Positions 17,977 to 28,246 of a stretch of 64,000 nt of DNA are shown one piece after another. How positions within the stretch are numbered: position 1 is the first letter of the stretch; each line of letters starts with the position of its first letter. A model generated the notes under the pieces. It saw only the letters and a list, made by a program, of their open reading frames with translations. It was not told where the DNA came from and made no database searches. Position numbers and translations under genes: made by a program. This stretch comes from Candidatus Sumerlaeales bacterium (GTDB lineage: Bacteria; Sumerlaeota; Sumerlaeia; Sumerlaeales; Sumerlaeaceae), in contig JBBSQY010000001.1 of NCBI GenBank assembly GCA_038243585.1, positions 64,001-128,000 of the forward strand. Direction: 5' to 3'.

Positions 17977-18133
17977 GTGAGAAAGTGAGAAGGTGCGTAA
18001 GTGAAAAAGTGGGAACGCTGCTTTGCAACATTGGCGCGGAGCGACTGTTCACATCATCGCATGGCGCTTAAATCCGTACTTTGTCACAGTATCACATTCT
18101 CACAATGTCGTTCTCACATTCTCACTTTCTTAC
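17977..18133. repeat. Two inverted arrays of a degenerate 8-mer (GTGAGAAA / TTTCTCAC)
   Basis: Left array 17977-18016: gtgagaaa gtgagaag gtgcgtaa gtgaaaaa gtgggaac. Right array 18080-18133: tttgtcac agtatcac attctcac ... gttctcac attctcac tttcttac. Confidence 0.75.
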
Positions 18134-18148
18134 GTTTCTAGCTATCTT

Positions 18149-19015
18149 TTACAGCGGAACCCGCTGAAAATCCGGGGGCACATCCATAATTGTTAACGGT
18201 TGATCTCGCGGCGCATTCGGCTGCAGGTCACGGGCTTCCACGGTGGCCACGGCTCCGGTAGGCAGTTGGGCCTCGAAGCGTGAGGGCAGCAGATGGGTGG
18301 TTTTGCCGTTGGGATTGGGATAAAACGCATATCCATCAAAGCGCACGCTGCCCATTGATCGGCGTCCCGAGTTCCGTTCAATCTTATCGACCAGCAGGTC
18401 ATTCATGCGGAGATGGTAATTTTCCGAAGTACCCGTTGCATAATTGACCGTTACAATATAATGGTCCGGCGTCTGCTGAATGGTTGTGCCGGGGTTGCTC
18501 GTCAGGTGGCGATAGAGATTCTGGTCTACCAGAAAACTATACATAAGATCATCGGGCTGAAGTCCGGCCATTAGCGTTGGATTGGCACGAAGAGCGGCGA
18601 CAGTGCCTACATGGATCTTTTTCTCCGGCACCAGCATCACCTGCACCTGGTCGCCTTCCATTTTGAAGTCAAACAGAGTGCCAGCGTCGGCGGCACCGCG
18701 CACCCGCAGGAAATCCGGAGGAGCGAAATACATATTTGCGTCAAACTGAAGGCGGGTCCGGCTGCGGGCTTCGCCGACGATAATACTGAGCTGCCCCAGG
18801 ATGGAACGGGTGTCGGACTGTCTTTGCTTTAACGCATTCGCTATATCCGCGATTGCCATTCCGGGACCACCAATCACCTGTGTAATGGGAGATTGAAATG
18901 GCGGAGGCGGCTCTGCCTGAACGCGACGGGCACGACGGAAAATATCGCAGCCGCTCAGCATCACTACAGCCAAAGCTAAGATGATCAGTAGAACAATGCG
19001 CCGACGATTAATCAA
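18149..19015 (-). CDS. Lipoprotein, possibly LolA/LolB-like fold (DUF4292-like)
   Basis: Lipobox LSGC after a basic and hydrophobic leader; beta-rich body; TTG start overlaps the hpt stop. Confidence 0.65.
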   Translation of the reverse strand: MINRRRIVLLIILALAVVMLSGCDIFRRARRVQAEPPPPFQSPITQVIGGPGMAIADIANALKQRQSDTRSILGQLSIIVGEARSRTRLQFDANMYFAPPDFLRVRGAADAGTLFDFKMEGDQVQVMLVPEKKIHVGTVAALRANPTLMAGLQPDDLMYSFLVDQNLYRHLTSNPGTTIQQTPDHYIVTVNYATGTSENYHLRMNDLLVDKIERNSGRRSMGSVRFDGYAFYPNPNGKTTHLLPSRFEAQLPTGAVATVEARDLQPNAPRDQPLTIMDVPPDFQRVPL

Positions 19016-19574
19016 GATAGATCTCCGGCTTTAACACGCCGATTCCGGAAAGGTTGCGGTAATTTTCATTAAAATCAAGGCCGTATCCAACCACGTACTC
19101 ATCGGTGATCTCAAATCCCGTGTAGCGAAGGGGAATGACATATTTGCGCTCTCTCTGCTTTTTAAGCAGGCAGCAGACTTCTACGCTGGCCGGATCCTGG
19201 ATTTTAAGTAATTCGATTACGACGCTCAGGGTGTGACCGGTATCCAGTATATCTTCCACCAGAAGAATGTCTCGCCCCTGCAGGTCCAGTTCAGTATCTT
19301 TCGTAATGATCACGCGGCCAGAGGATCGCGCACCCTTATAACTGGAAGCGCCCATCAGATCAAATGCATGAGGAATAGTGATTGCCCGGGTCATGTCGGC
19401 AAGAAATAAAATACCGCCCTTCAATATGCTGATCAGCACCAGGGATTTGCCCCGATAATCATCGCTTATCTCTCGGCCAAGTTGGCCAACCCGTTCATGA
19501 ATCTGTTCTTCTGTATATAGAACTCTTTCCAGGTCTTTAGAAAGGTCTTTTTCCTCGTCTTTTGGAAAAGACAA
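19008..19574 (-). CDS. hpt: Hypoxanthine phosphoribosyltransferase
   Basis: ILKGGILFLAD, PRPP loop LLVEDILDTGHTL, YVVGYGLD. Start placed at TTG 19574 with GGAG upstream. Confidence 0.93.
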   Translation of the reverse strand: MSFPKDEEKDLSKDLERVLYTEEQIHERVGQLGREISDDYRGKSLVLISILKGGILFLADMTRAITIPHAFDLMGASSYKGARSSGRVIITKDTELDLQGRDILLVEDILDTGHTLSVVIELLKIQDPASVEVCCLLKKQRERKYVIPLRYTGFEITDEYVVGYGLDFNENYRNLSGIGVLKPEIYLD

Positions 19575-19708
19575 TATTATAGCTCCAGGTGTAAGTGAGT
19601 GGATAAAAAGCGCTGCCACTGGTATAACTTTTGTGGCCTGCTTAATTGGTACGATGGGCACGACAAAAAAATCGAAGCTAATCATACAGACAGGTGGAGG
19701 AAGCCAAT

Positions 19709-20299
19709 ATGAAAAGTAACCTATGGATAGCAATGCTGGCCATTTTACTGGCCGCGGCGCCTTCGGCGGGTTGGAGCCAGCGGGGCGTAATTAACTACGA
19801 AGATCTGTCTCAGCGGAAAACGCAGCGCACCGATCGGGATGCCCGAAAAAAGGAAGACGCTAAAAAAGCCGACGACGCCAAAAAAAAGGCGGACGAGGAT
19901 CAGCGACGGGATGAACGTCGCAAACGGTATGAAGAGGAACGAAATAAAGATAGCAAAGACGACAAGAAGCCTGCCGATCCTGCCAAAAACACCGCGTCCG
20001 CCAAGCCTATGGGCGCAACCGGATCTGCAGCAGACGCCATGAAAGCCGCCATCGCAGCCCGTGCCGCCCGCAAAACGGGGGGAAAAGCAGGTGGCCAGCC
20101 TGGAGCGGCGGGTTCAGGATCTGATCCGACGGGCCGCGAAGTTACGGAAGTCATGCTGGACGCCGTCAGAACACAAACGGTGGAATTCAGCGTTGAGACG
20201 GCGAAGGAGGACCCCGGAATGATTATGCTGAACCCCCCCAAATTTACTCCAACTGAGCGAGTGCGCGCCGGGGATTCCGCCATGGGTCAGCCGTTGTAA
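19709..20299 (+). CDS. Secreted hypothetical protein with a charged coiled-coil region
   Basis: GGAGG RBS; signal peptide; K/D/E/R-rich segment; terminator downstream. Confidence 0.7.
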   Translation: MKSNLWIAMLAILLAAAPSAGWSQRGVINYEDLSQRKTQRTDRDARKKEDAKKADDAKKKADEDQRRDERRKRYEEERNKDSKDDKKPADPAKNTASAKPMGATGSAADAMKAAIAARAARKTGGKAGGQPGAAGSGSDPTGREVTEVMLDAVRTQTVEFSVETAKEDPGMIMLNPPKFTPTERVRAGDSAMGQPL

Positions 20300-20354
20300 G
20301 CCGAAACAGGGTAGCATCGGATATTCCCAAAAAGAAATCGAAGCAGGAGTGCAT

Positions 20355-20385
20355 GGACGGGGGAAATCCCCGTCCTATTTTTTTT
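20355..20385 (+). terminator. Intrinsic terminator
   Basis: GGACGGGG-gaaat-CCCCGTCC followed by a T run. Confidence 0.8.
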
Positions 20386-20504
20386 CCGACTTCACGACAT
20401 TTCTCCTAACTGCCTGAATTCACTTGGCCGGAAAAAACTTGACTTGATTGCGCCCCACCCACACATATTTTATATATACATTAACTAGGCGGTTTAATAG
20501 TCAT

Positions 20505-22124
20505 ATGAAAAAAAGGTTTGGTTTCATGCTCCTGTCGTCAATAATTCTGGCCCCGGCCACCCTGGCAGCCCAAAATTCAAGCGTACCCTCACCCTCAGCG
20601 TTTGAAATCCGCGGTCTCAAAGGCCTCTTTTGGGAAGGTATCGATAAGTATTACAAGGCCGTGCCGTGGATGGCAGACCATAATATGAACTGGCTGATGC
20701 TCTGTTATACCGCCTATCCCGAGAGTGGCACAGACTGGCGCGCCGACTACTCAGATCAGCACCTTGCGGAAATGAAGGAACTTGTGACCAGAGCCGGCGA
20801 CAAAGGCATTACTGTCAGCCTTAGTTTTAATCCCGGCATCTGGAGCAAACCGCCTTTATGCCACTCATGTGAGGAAGATTACCAAGCCGCATGGCGCAAA
20901 GTAAAAGACGCCCACAGCATCGGCATCTATTCCATTGCCCTCTGCCTTGACGATATCGCCCGTGAGCTTCTGCCGGCTGATAAAGAAAAATACGGAACGC
21001 TGCAGGAAGCCCAGGTGGATTTCGTTAACCGGATGTGGAGGGACATTCAGAGCCTCTCTCCCCGGCCGCAGTTCATTTTTTGCCCGAGCGCCTATACCAC
21101 TGACGACATGAAACGGCACATGGATTATACCCTAACCATTGGCGAGAAGCTCGCGCCGGGCATTGAAATTTTCTGGACTGGCCCGACGGTGGTGGCGGAA
21201 ACCATTACCGTGGCCGATACCAACCTGGTAGCGGGCTGGCTTAAGCGGAAGCCATTCATCTGGGATAACTATCCTGTTAACGATATGTTCCCATGGCGCC
21301 CATTGCTGGCTCCGATTGATGGCCGCGACGCAAACCTGGCGGGCGCAGTGTCCGGCATACTTTTTAACCCAATGAAGCAATGGGAGGCCAATAAAATCCC
21401 GCTGGTTTCCGTTGCGGATTATCTATCGGATCCCGCTGGCTATAACCCTGCCGAGGCAGATGGAAAAGTGCTTGCCGAGTACCCAGCGCAGGATCATCCG
21501 GCGATAAGGCTTCTGACGAAATACTACGGGTCGTCGTTTGTTGGCGAAAAGAACTACCCGCCGGGTCCCCAGGCAGGTAGTAATAACGCTGAGATTGTAG
21601 CGGACCTGAAAAAGCTGCAATCTCTGATGCGTGATGGTTCGCCTGAAATGCAGGCGTTATGGGCCGATGTGAAAGATACGGTGGAAGCTGATTTAAAAAA
21701 CCTGGAGATCATGGCACAGGCACCGGTTTTCGGCGGTGAGGCCATGAGCGGCGGCGCGATGGATCTGGCCGAAAAGGCCTTTGGCCACAAAGCCGCACTG
21801 GTGTATGCAAAAGCCTCTGGCAAGTCGCAGGCAGAGGTGGTATTGAGTACAGATTCCACCACAGCATCGCCGACCCGCCTTCGGCTGTTTGCGCGTAACG
21901 GCGACGGCAAAAAGCCCAACGTGAAAGTAAGCCTGAACGGCCAGACAATTGTGGAGGGCATAACGGATTTCTCCCAGTCTGCTTTTGAGGCACGGGAATT
22001 CTCGTTGCCAGCGGATAACCTTTCTACTGGCAGTGCCGTATTAAAAATCGAAAATCTGGAGCCAAACGGAGTAGTCGGAAGCCCGCCATGGTTCGCGGTA
22101 AAATGGGTCCAGTTGCTGCAGTAG
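20505..22124 (+). CDS. Secreted GH84 beta-N-acetylglucosaminidase (O-GlcNAcase/hyaluronidase-like) with a C-terminal beta-sandwich
   Basis: ALCLDDI (catalytic DD), FCPSAY, FWTGPTVV, IWDNYPVND, NPM; signal peptide. Confidence 0.88.
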   Translation: MKKRFGFMLLSSIILAPATLAAQNSSVPSPSAFEIRGLKGLFWEGIDKYYKAVPWMADHNMNWLMLCYTAYPESGTDWRADYSDQHLAEMKELVTRAGDKGITVSLSFNPGIWSKPPLCHSCEEDYQAAWRKVKDAHSIGIYSIALCLDDIARELLPADKEKYGTLQEAQVDFVNRMWRDIQSLSPRPQFIFCPSAYTTDDMKRHMDYTLTIGEKLAPGIEIFWTGPTVVAETITVADTNLVAGWLKRKPFIWDNYPVNDMFPWRPLLAPIDGRDANLAGAVSGILFNPMKQWEANKIPLVSVADYLSDPAGYNPAEADGKVLAEYPAQDHPAIRLLTKYYGSSFVGEKNYPPGPQAGSNNAEIVADLKKLQSLMRDGSPEMQALWADVKDTVEADLKNLEIMAQAPVFGGEAMSGGAMDLAEKAFGHKAALVYAKASGKSQAEVVLSTDSTTASPTRLRLFARNGDGKKPNVKVSLNGQTIVEGITDFSQSAFEAREFSLPADNLSTGSAVLKIENLEPNGVVGSPPWFAVKWVQLLQ

Positions 22125-22130
22125 AGGGAC

Positions 22131-22169
22131 AAAAAAAGGTGGTTCCGGACATCGAGTTCCGGAACCACC
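22131..22169 (-). terminator. Intrinsic terminator between convergent genes
   Basis: GGTGGTTCCGGA...TCCGGAACCACC stem with an A7 tract on the left. Confidence 0.8.
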
Positions 22170-22191
22170 GATGATCTAGAGACGCCTCTGC

Positions 22192-25100
22192 CTAATCGCC
22201 GTAGGACGCCCAGGCGTTTACTGTCTGTTCATTACCTGGATTATTAAAGACTGTCGTCACTGGCACATAAAAGCTCGCGCCTTCCTTGACATTGTACACG
22301 TACCCTTTACTGTAATCGGCAGAATTAACGAAGCCCCTCGCGAAGGTACCCGGCCCGCAGGTAATCTTCCACAGCTCGCCGTCCCGCTGAACGTCCATGA
22401 TATCGTAGCACGCATTGCGGACGCCGTCATTGGCGAAGATAATTTGCGATCCTTTGATCGTATCCGGATCGCCTTCGGATATCTGCACCCACGCAACCGC
22501 GGGTACATTTACATTTTTTTCAAATCGGACCAGTGTACCTGCAATATTGCCAGTCCCCGCGACTGCTTTGCCTCCAAAGCTGAGATTCGTGCCCTGGGTA
22601 AGGCTGGCGCTGGTGATCTTTCCGTCTGAAACGCGAAGCCAGGCGTAGGCTCCGTCGGTAGCGATTCCGCCGCTTGCCTGCACGCTTTTTCGGGTTGGAT
22701 TGCTGATGAAATAATCTGTCGTTCCGCCGGCCAAGTCCACCTTTACGGCCACCACCTCCGCGGAGTCTGGCGTTGTTATCGGCAGACGCGTTACGTTTTC
22801 CACAAACGGCGTAGCCTTCCAAGGTTCTGCCACGGAGACGAACTGTGACGACAACGCGGTCGAACTGGCACGATGAAGCAGGGCATAACGCATGAGTTCG
22901 GGATTGCCGGGCTTGTTCTGTGCGGGCACTCCGTCGGCCAGGGCCACGTCGGTCAGCGCCCCCACAAAATGAAGGCGCATGTGGATATCATCCGTGGTCT
23001 TTACTCCGCGATAACCTGTGTCCGCTTTCCAATCGACCTTAAACGATGTCGCCGGGGCAACTGAACGCTGGACATTTTTAAGGTAAGAATACCCAAACGG
23101 GTGGGCGGTGGAATTATCGCCATACGCCACAGTTGGTCCGGCATAGGTGCCCGTGGTTTGGCGGTTCAGCGACATCCCGTCTAGTGTAACAGCGCCGGGC
23201 GGCCCATGAAAGCTCATTAAATGGTCTGTGCCGCCAGATACGCGAAAAATGTCCACGGCGTAAGCATTGCCATCCGGCGCCTCAACAAACGAAATAGTAC
23301 GCGCGTATTCCGTGCATTGCGGATACACGTTCTTGCTTTGAACCTCTGCCACGCCGAAACCGGGAGCGGCGCCGTAAAAGCGAGGGTAACCGGTCCAGTT
23401 TTGCGTCTGGATTTTCTTATCAACCACTACAGTGTTATGACTTAGCGTGTTGTTGTTCCAGGCCGCGCGCGGCTTGTATGTCGAGCTGGCGAAATCCGGA
23501 TATCCCAGGTCGGGCGTCAGGTCGGTGTTAAAGGCATAAATGCTATAGTTGAGTCGATCCTGGTGTCCATGGCCTTTGTTGCGGCCATAATACATCCACA
23601 GCGCCTTGCCCGCGGCAGTATTACCAAACTCGAAGCTCGCCAGGCCGTAGCCGGCCATGTTCTCGCCGAATCGCGGCGCGCCGTTATAATTAAGTGCCGC
23701 CTGCTCCAGACGTTCGTTCATTACGTCCGGAGTCGTGCTGCCGACGTCTGTCAGCAGGCCGGTAGATCGACGACCATTTGCTTCCCAGGCATACCTTGCT
23801 GCTGTCTCATCGCCAAAAAACTCATAACCCGCCGCCAGCACATCTGGGCTTATGCCTGGAGTTATGGTTCCGACCGCCCCGGTGTCGCCGATATTAGGCA
23901 TAAAAGTGTTAAGAGCCTGCACCCGCCAAGGCGCGCGAAACGCGTTGCGGAAGTATGGAAAGTCTCGGCTGATTCTGTTTTTTGTGTAGGAAGAATATGG
24001 CTCCAGAATATCCATGATTTCTTTAATTTTCCCGGGCCATAAATAACAATAGCCCGGAGCAGCCTCATCCGCCATACCGTCGCGATCAAACAGCTCGATC
24101 ATCATCTTAGGAATGTGGCCACCGTCGGCTGCGAAAATCCAGTCCAGCCACTGCGACGTCTTCGGCTCCGTGTTCAATGCCAGAGCTGCGCATGCCATGC
24201 TGCTCTGGTGCATGCCTTCGTTTCCCTTAATCTGGCCCGAAATCAGCGCCGCCGCAGCGGTATTCAGAACTCCGGAATCGATGTTGGTTACGAGCGCCGC
24301 GCGGGTGCCTTTGACTCCGGGCAGATTGAATTGTTGATCTTTAGCCTGCAGAAAAGCGTACAACTCGGGGTTTTCCACCGTACCGCTAATAATCCTGTCA
24401 TAGGCGCGGGCCAGTTGCTGGACGGTTTGTGTCTCCCAAATTCGGCCTTCGATTTTACCTACCCGGTTGCCACCATCGCTATGATACCATCCGCGATCGG
24501 CGTAAGGTTTCCAGTCCATCGCGGGATAAACATCCGCGATTCGGTCCATCATGATTGCTGCCTTACGAGCATACATTTTGTCGCCGCTGAACACATAAGC
24601 CTCGCTGAGCAAAGTCAGGCCGGACAAGATATGACGCCAGTATTTCCACGCGTAATAGCCGATGAACTTGTGTTCCCGTCCGTTAACATCTACATAGCCA
24701 TACCCGTCGTCCACGCCATACTTGTGTAGCGGGTCGGCAGGGTTGGGATGGGCCGCGTTAAACAACAGCGAACTGTCCGCCGTTGTCCGATTAAACAACC
24801 CTTGCCCGTCAATACCACTTCGATAATATTGTTCAAAGTCATTGGTGGGAAACACAACAGCGCAATTAGGACAGGTCAGCTTCCACGGCTTGGTTTCAAA
24901 GTCTGGCGTGTATGGATAATTGCCATATTTGGCTATTTCAAGTCCGCAGTTCAAACAGCCGAGTTGCAGTTTCGACGGGAAGTCGTAGTCCCAGGTCACA
25001 TCAATAGTGCGGGGCAATTGCTGCCCCGGTATCATGGCCCAGAGCTCCTCGTCGCTTTTTGCGGCCCACGGGGCGGCAGCGGAGGTAGCGGCGTCGCGCT

Positions 25101-25278
25101 GAACACCAACCCAATCTACCGTATTGGCATTGTTCCTGGTATTTTGCAGCCGTTGTTCCGGATACATCCCGCCGAATTCACGCTGTGCCGTCAGTGCGCC
25201 GGGCATTAAAAATAGAAATAGTAAAACTCCTGATAGTTTATTGCTTGTAAGCCGCATATTGATACTCCTCATTTTCAC
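22192..25278 (-). CDS. Secreted heparinase II/III-like polysaccharide lyase
   Basis: GHGHQDRLN, DLGYP, TLSHNTVVVD, Y.RTI...YAVDIFRV.GG are Hepar_II_III-type motifs; DGMADEAAPGY; signal peptide. Confidence 0.8.
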   Translation of the reverse strand: MKMRSINMRLTSNKLSGVLLFLFLMPGALTAQREFGGMYPEQRLQNTRNNANTVDWVGVQRDAATSAAAPWAAKSDEELWAMIPGQQLPRTIDVTWDYDFPSKLQLGCLNCGLEIAKYGNYPYTPDFETKPWKLTCPNCAVVFPTNDFEQYYRSGIDGQGLFNRTTADSSLLFNAAHPNPADPLHKYGVDDGYGYVDVNGREHKFIGYYAWKYWRHILSGLTLLSEAYVFSGDKMYARKAAIMMDRIADVYPAMDWKPYADRGWYHSDGGNRVGKIEGRIWETQTVQQLARAYDRIISGTVENPELYAFLQAKDQQFNLPGVKGTRAALVTNIDSGVLNTAAAALISGQIKGNEGMHQSSMACAALALNTEPKTSQWLDWIFAADGGHIPKMMIELFDRDGMADEAAPGYCYLWPGKIKEIMDILEPYSSYTKNRISRDFPYFRNAFRAPWRVQALNTFMPNIGDTGAVGTITPGISPDVLAAGYEFFGDETAARYAWEANGRRSTGLLTDVGSTTPDVMNERLEQAALNYNGAPRFGENMAGYGLASFEFGNTAAGKALWMYYGRNKGHGHQDRLNYSIYAFNTDLTPDLGYPDFASSTYKPRAAWNNNTLSHNTVVVDKKIQTQNWTGYPRFYGAAPGFGVAEVQSKNVYPQCTEYARTISFVEAPDGNAYAVDIFRVSGGTDHLMSFHGPPGAVTLDGMSLNRQTTGTYAGPTVAYGDNSTAHPFGYSYLKNVQRSVAPATSFKVDWKADTGYRGVKTTDDIHMRLHFVGALTDVALADGVPAQNKPGNPELMRYALLHRASSTALSSQFVSVAEPWKATPFVENVTRLPITTPDSAEVVAVKVDLAGGTTDYFISNPTRKSVQASGGIATDGAYAWLRVSDGKITSASLTQGTNLSFGGKAVAGTGNIAGTLVRFEKNVNVPAVAWVQISEGDPDTIKGSQIIFANDGVRNACYDIMDVQRDGELWKITCGPGTFARGFVNSADYSKGYVYNVKEGASFYVPVTTVFNNPGNEQTVNAWASYGD

Positions 25279-25308
25279 TTAAATCCGGGTGATTCTGACC
25301 CCGAAGGA

Positions 25309-26175
25309 ATGGAAATTTTCATGTCGAAATTGAAAATAGGCTTTCTTGATCACCACCTGAACACGTCACATTCAATGAAGTTCTTAGCTCTTTTGCGGGG
25401 ATGTGTCGGAAATGGGGAAGTTGAGATCGCCGGCGCCTGGGAATCTCACCCGGAAGTGCCCGACTGGTGTGAGACCAACGGGGTTACGCGGATGCACAGC
25501 GCTGCCGAAGTAATCGCCGCCAGCGACGTCATCATGGTGCTGGCGCCCAACAACTCTGAAGCGCACCTTGATCTGGCCCGCCCTGCCCTGGAAGCGGGCA
25601 AGCGGGTGTTCATCGATAAGTGCATCTCTGGCTGCTTAAAAAGCGCGCGGGAAATCGCGCGGCTTTCCGATCGGCATAACGCCCCGGTGATGGCCGCCTC
25701 TGGATTACGCTTTGCCAGCGAAATCGACGCGCTGGAAGAACGGGAGCCGCCACCCTATGAAGCTGTGTATGCCCGTGGCCTGGGCAAATGGAACGGCTAC
25801 GGCGTACACACCATTACCATGGCCCTGCGCCTGTTTGGCTCCCGGGTAACGCGGGTAATCGATACTGGCACTGACGAGGCCCGCTATGTGACCATCGACG
25901 ACGGGACCCGGCGCGCTGTTATCGAAGTACGCGTATCCGAAAACCAATATGAGGCCACGCCATGGCAGGTCGGGGCGCTGGTTTCTAACAAGTATGAAAC
26001 GGCAACAATCGCAAGATTTGACCAATTTTACCAGAATCTGATGCAGGAAGCGTTGGAGTTTTTCAGAAGCGGCATTTCCCCGGTTTCCATGGACGAAATG
26101 ATCATGACCATCGCCATCGAAAAGGCGGCGGAACTCAGCATGGCAAACGGCGGCGTTTGGGTGGAACTGGATTGA
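25309..26175 (+). CDS. Gfo/Idh/MocA-family oxidoreductase
   Basis: KIGFLD...SH, H..LARPALEAGKRVFIDK, SGLRFA, YGVH. Start may be 25321. Confidence 0.8.
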   Translation: MEIFMSKLKIGFLDHHLNTSHSMKFLALLRGCVGNGEVEIAGAWESHPEVPDWCETNGVTRMHSAAEVIAASDVIMVLAPNNSEAHLDLARPALEAGKRVFIDKCISGCLKSAREIARLSDRHNAPVMAASGLRFASEIDALEEREPPPYEAVYARGLGKWNGYGVHTITMALRLFGSRVTRVIDTGTDEARYVTIDDGTRRAVIEVRVSENQYEATPWQVGALVSNKYETATIARFDQFYQNLMQEALEFFRSGISPVSMDEMIMTIAIEKAAELSMANGGVWVELD

Positions 26176-26294
26176 GAAGTTGCACAGACATAAGTTGAAC
26201 CCGCGCAGTCCAGAAAGTCGTTTTACGTAAATGCTGGCCGATTCCACTGAGAACCTTGTCGACCTCGTCGGTGAGGCTCTTGTGGAAGATAATG

Positions 26295-26384
26295 TGGCGG
26301 AGGGACAGGGATTCGAACCCTGGGGACCCTTTCGAGCACACACGCTTTCCAAGCGTGCTCCTTAAGCCACTCGGACATCCCTCC
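26295..26384 (-). tRNA. tRNA-Ser(GGA)
   Basis: GGAGGGATGTCCGAGTGGCTTAAGGAGCACGCTTGGAAAGCGTGTGTGCTCGAAAGGGTCCCCAGGGTTCGAATCCCTGTCCCTCCGCCA: anticodon GGA, long variable arm, encoded CCA. Confidence 0.97.
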
Positions 26385-26504
26385 GCACAGCGCCAAATGG
26401 CCCAAAATCACCAGTCAGCAGCGATTCAATCTTAGCGATGCAGTATCGATTTATTCAACAGCCCGGCATTGGGCATAGCTTCGCATACAGCCGTAAGGCC
26501 TGTG

Positions 26505-27494
26505 CTACTTGCTGACGTCGTGGAGTTCCTGCATTGCCGTTTTGTATTCCAAGGTCAGCGTTTTGTTGATCGCGACCGCCGCCACAGCTCCTTCTGCCGC
26601 TGCGACTATCACTAACTGCGCATTATGAGACGCATCTCCACAGCAATACACGCCCTCTATATTCGTCATCTCATGCGCCCCGACCCATATGCAGTCCTGC
26701 TCTGTCATCCGACACCCAAGTTTCAGGGGCAACTCGCCACAATGCAGTTTCTGAGGTCCGCAAAAAAACAGGGCATCCCGCTCCAGATGCGTTCCATCGC
26801 TCAAAACGACTCTCTCCAACTTGCCATTTTCACCTTCCAGAGCGGTTACACATTCCTGTTTCACAGAGATGCGCATCTTTTCCAGGTAAGCGATTTGCGA
26901 CTCGGCGAAGTCGCACTTTCCATCGGTTAGCAGTATAAGATCCCGCGTCCACGCGGTCATCTCCTGGACCAGACCGAATCCACTACAATTTTTCCCGTAA
27001 ACGGCAATGCGCTTGTCGCGCCACTCATACCCGTCGCAGATTGGACAATGATGAACACTGGTGCCATAAAAATCATCTATGCCTGGGATGTCTGGAATTT
27101 CGTCAACAACCCCTGTGGCAACGAGTAGTTTTCGCGCCAGGTAGCGGCTGCCGTCTTCCAATAAGACAACAAATCGGTTGTCGTCAGTACAGAAACCGTC
27201 CACTACCAAACCATCTATCGAAGTCACGGTAGGATACGCGGTCAGTTCCTTTCGGGCGATTTCTTTTAAATCCGCAGGCGACATGCCGTCACGGGTCAGG
27301 TACCCGTGCATGGATTTCGACCGCCCGTTGCGGGGCTTGCCGGAATCCACCATGAGAACCTTGCGCCGACACCGACCGAGGATAAGCGCTGCGCTCATGC
27401 CTGCGGGACCGCCGCCTATAATTATGACGTCAAAAGCATCAGGATCTGTGAGCCTGGGAAAGGTATATAGGGTCTGTGGGGCGAGATTTTTCAT
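26505..27494 (-). CDS. Thioredoxin-reductase-like FAD/NAD(P)H disulfide oxidoreductase
   Basis: IIGGGPAGMSAA, LLVATG, HCPICDG (CxxC), GVYCCGD. Confidence 0.88.
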   Translation of the reverse strand: MKNLAPQTLYTFPRLTDPDAFDVIIIGGGPAGMSAALILGRCRRKVLMVDSGKPRNGRSKSMHGYLTRDGMSPADLKEIARKELTAYPTVTSIDGLVVDGFCTDDNRFVVLLEDGSRYLARKLLVATGVVDEIPDIPGIDDFYGTSVHHCPICDGYEWRDKRIAVYGKNCSGFGLVQEMTAWTRDLILLTDGKCDFAESQIAYLEKMRISVKQECVTALEGENGKLERVVLSDGTHLERDALFFCGPQKLHCGELPLKLGCRMTEQDCIWVGAHEMTNIEGVYCCGDASHNAQLVIVAAAEGAVAAVAINKTLTLEYKTAMQELHDVSK

Positions 27495-27558
27495 ACTATC
27501 CAATAAGAGTTAGAGTACAATGTCTGGCGAGTTGGGTACACCAAGATTCGGCGGTGCA

Positions 27559-28131
27559 CTATTCGATGCTGGTCGCGCCGGCCAGTTCCACCAGCGCGCA
27601 AAGTTCTTCAAATGCAACGCGGCAGGCAGGGTCGGTCTGGTAAATTTCCCGCACCTTTGCCCTTCCCGCTGAAACATCGCCAATGGCTTTGCCTTTGGCC
27701 ACCCACAGGCGGCAATCTGCCTGCATCGGACCCCAGTTCCCACATTCTACGAAGGTCTCGTTCAAAAATATAAATTTAGGAATCGCCTCGCCGCCGTTGG
27801 TGAGAAAACGCGCGAACACCTCGGGATTGTCGCTCCGGGAAATGAACCGGGTCTCTATATGCGGGCTCGAAGTAGAGATTCGCGCCATTACCGGCGCGTG
27901 ACGAACTACGTCGCCACACCAGTCTTCCGCAATGGCGATCACGTGAACCGGGGAAGAAATCTGGCCGATCAGCTTGGCACATTCCTCCGGCACCTCCAGG
28001 CTTTCATACCGCTCACGCATCCGTGTCGCTTTTTCATCGCTCTCGGCGGCTTCCAGCCAGTCTTCCCATGTCTTGGCGCTGCTATAAATACTTTTCCAGT
28101 CAAGAACCGGCAAGGTCGGTGGGCGGGGCAT
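27559..28131 (-). CDS. Thioredoxin-family protein (WCGD type)
   Basis: AEDWCGD, TNGGEAIPKFIF, NWGP; directly upstream of the reductase. Confidence 0.85.
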   Translation of the reverse strand: MPRPPTLPVLDWKSIYSSAKTWEDWLEAAESDEKATRMRERYESLEVPEECAKLIGQISSPVHVIAIAEDWCGDVVRHAPVMARISTSSPHIETRFISRSDNPEVFARFLTNGGEAIPKFIFLNETFVECGNWGPMQADCRLWVAKGKAIGDVSAGRAKVREIYQTDPACRVAFEELCALVELAGATSIE

Positions 28132-28246
28132 GAATTAACTCCTGTAAGAATTTTGACGCAATGTCACAAAAGAGTACGAAGATACGCGGCAGCAACAAAA
28201 GCAAATGATACAGGCAAAAAGCATACCGGGAAGAAGTTTGCCAGCC

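Noticed and set aside
17977..18133. CRISPR array
   Set aside because: Units are 8 bp, degenerate, inverted and lack unique spacers; no cas genes are in the window.
20300..26384. Glycan-degradation genes downstream of tRNA-Ser as an integrated genomic island
   Set aside because: No integrase, and I found no duplicated tRNA 3' end (att site) by eye.
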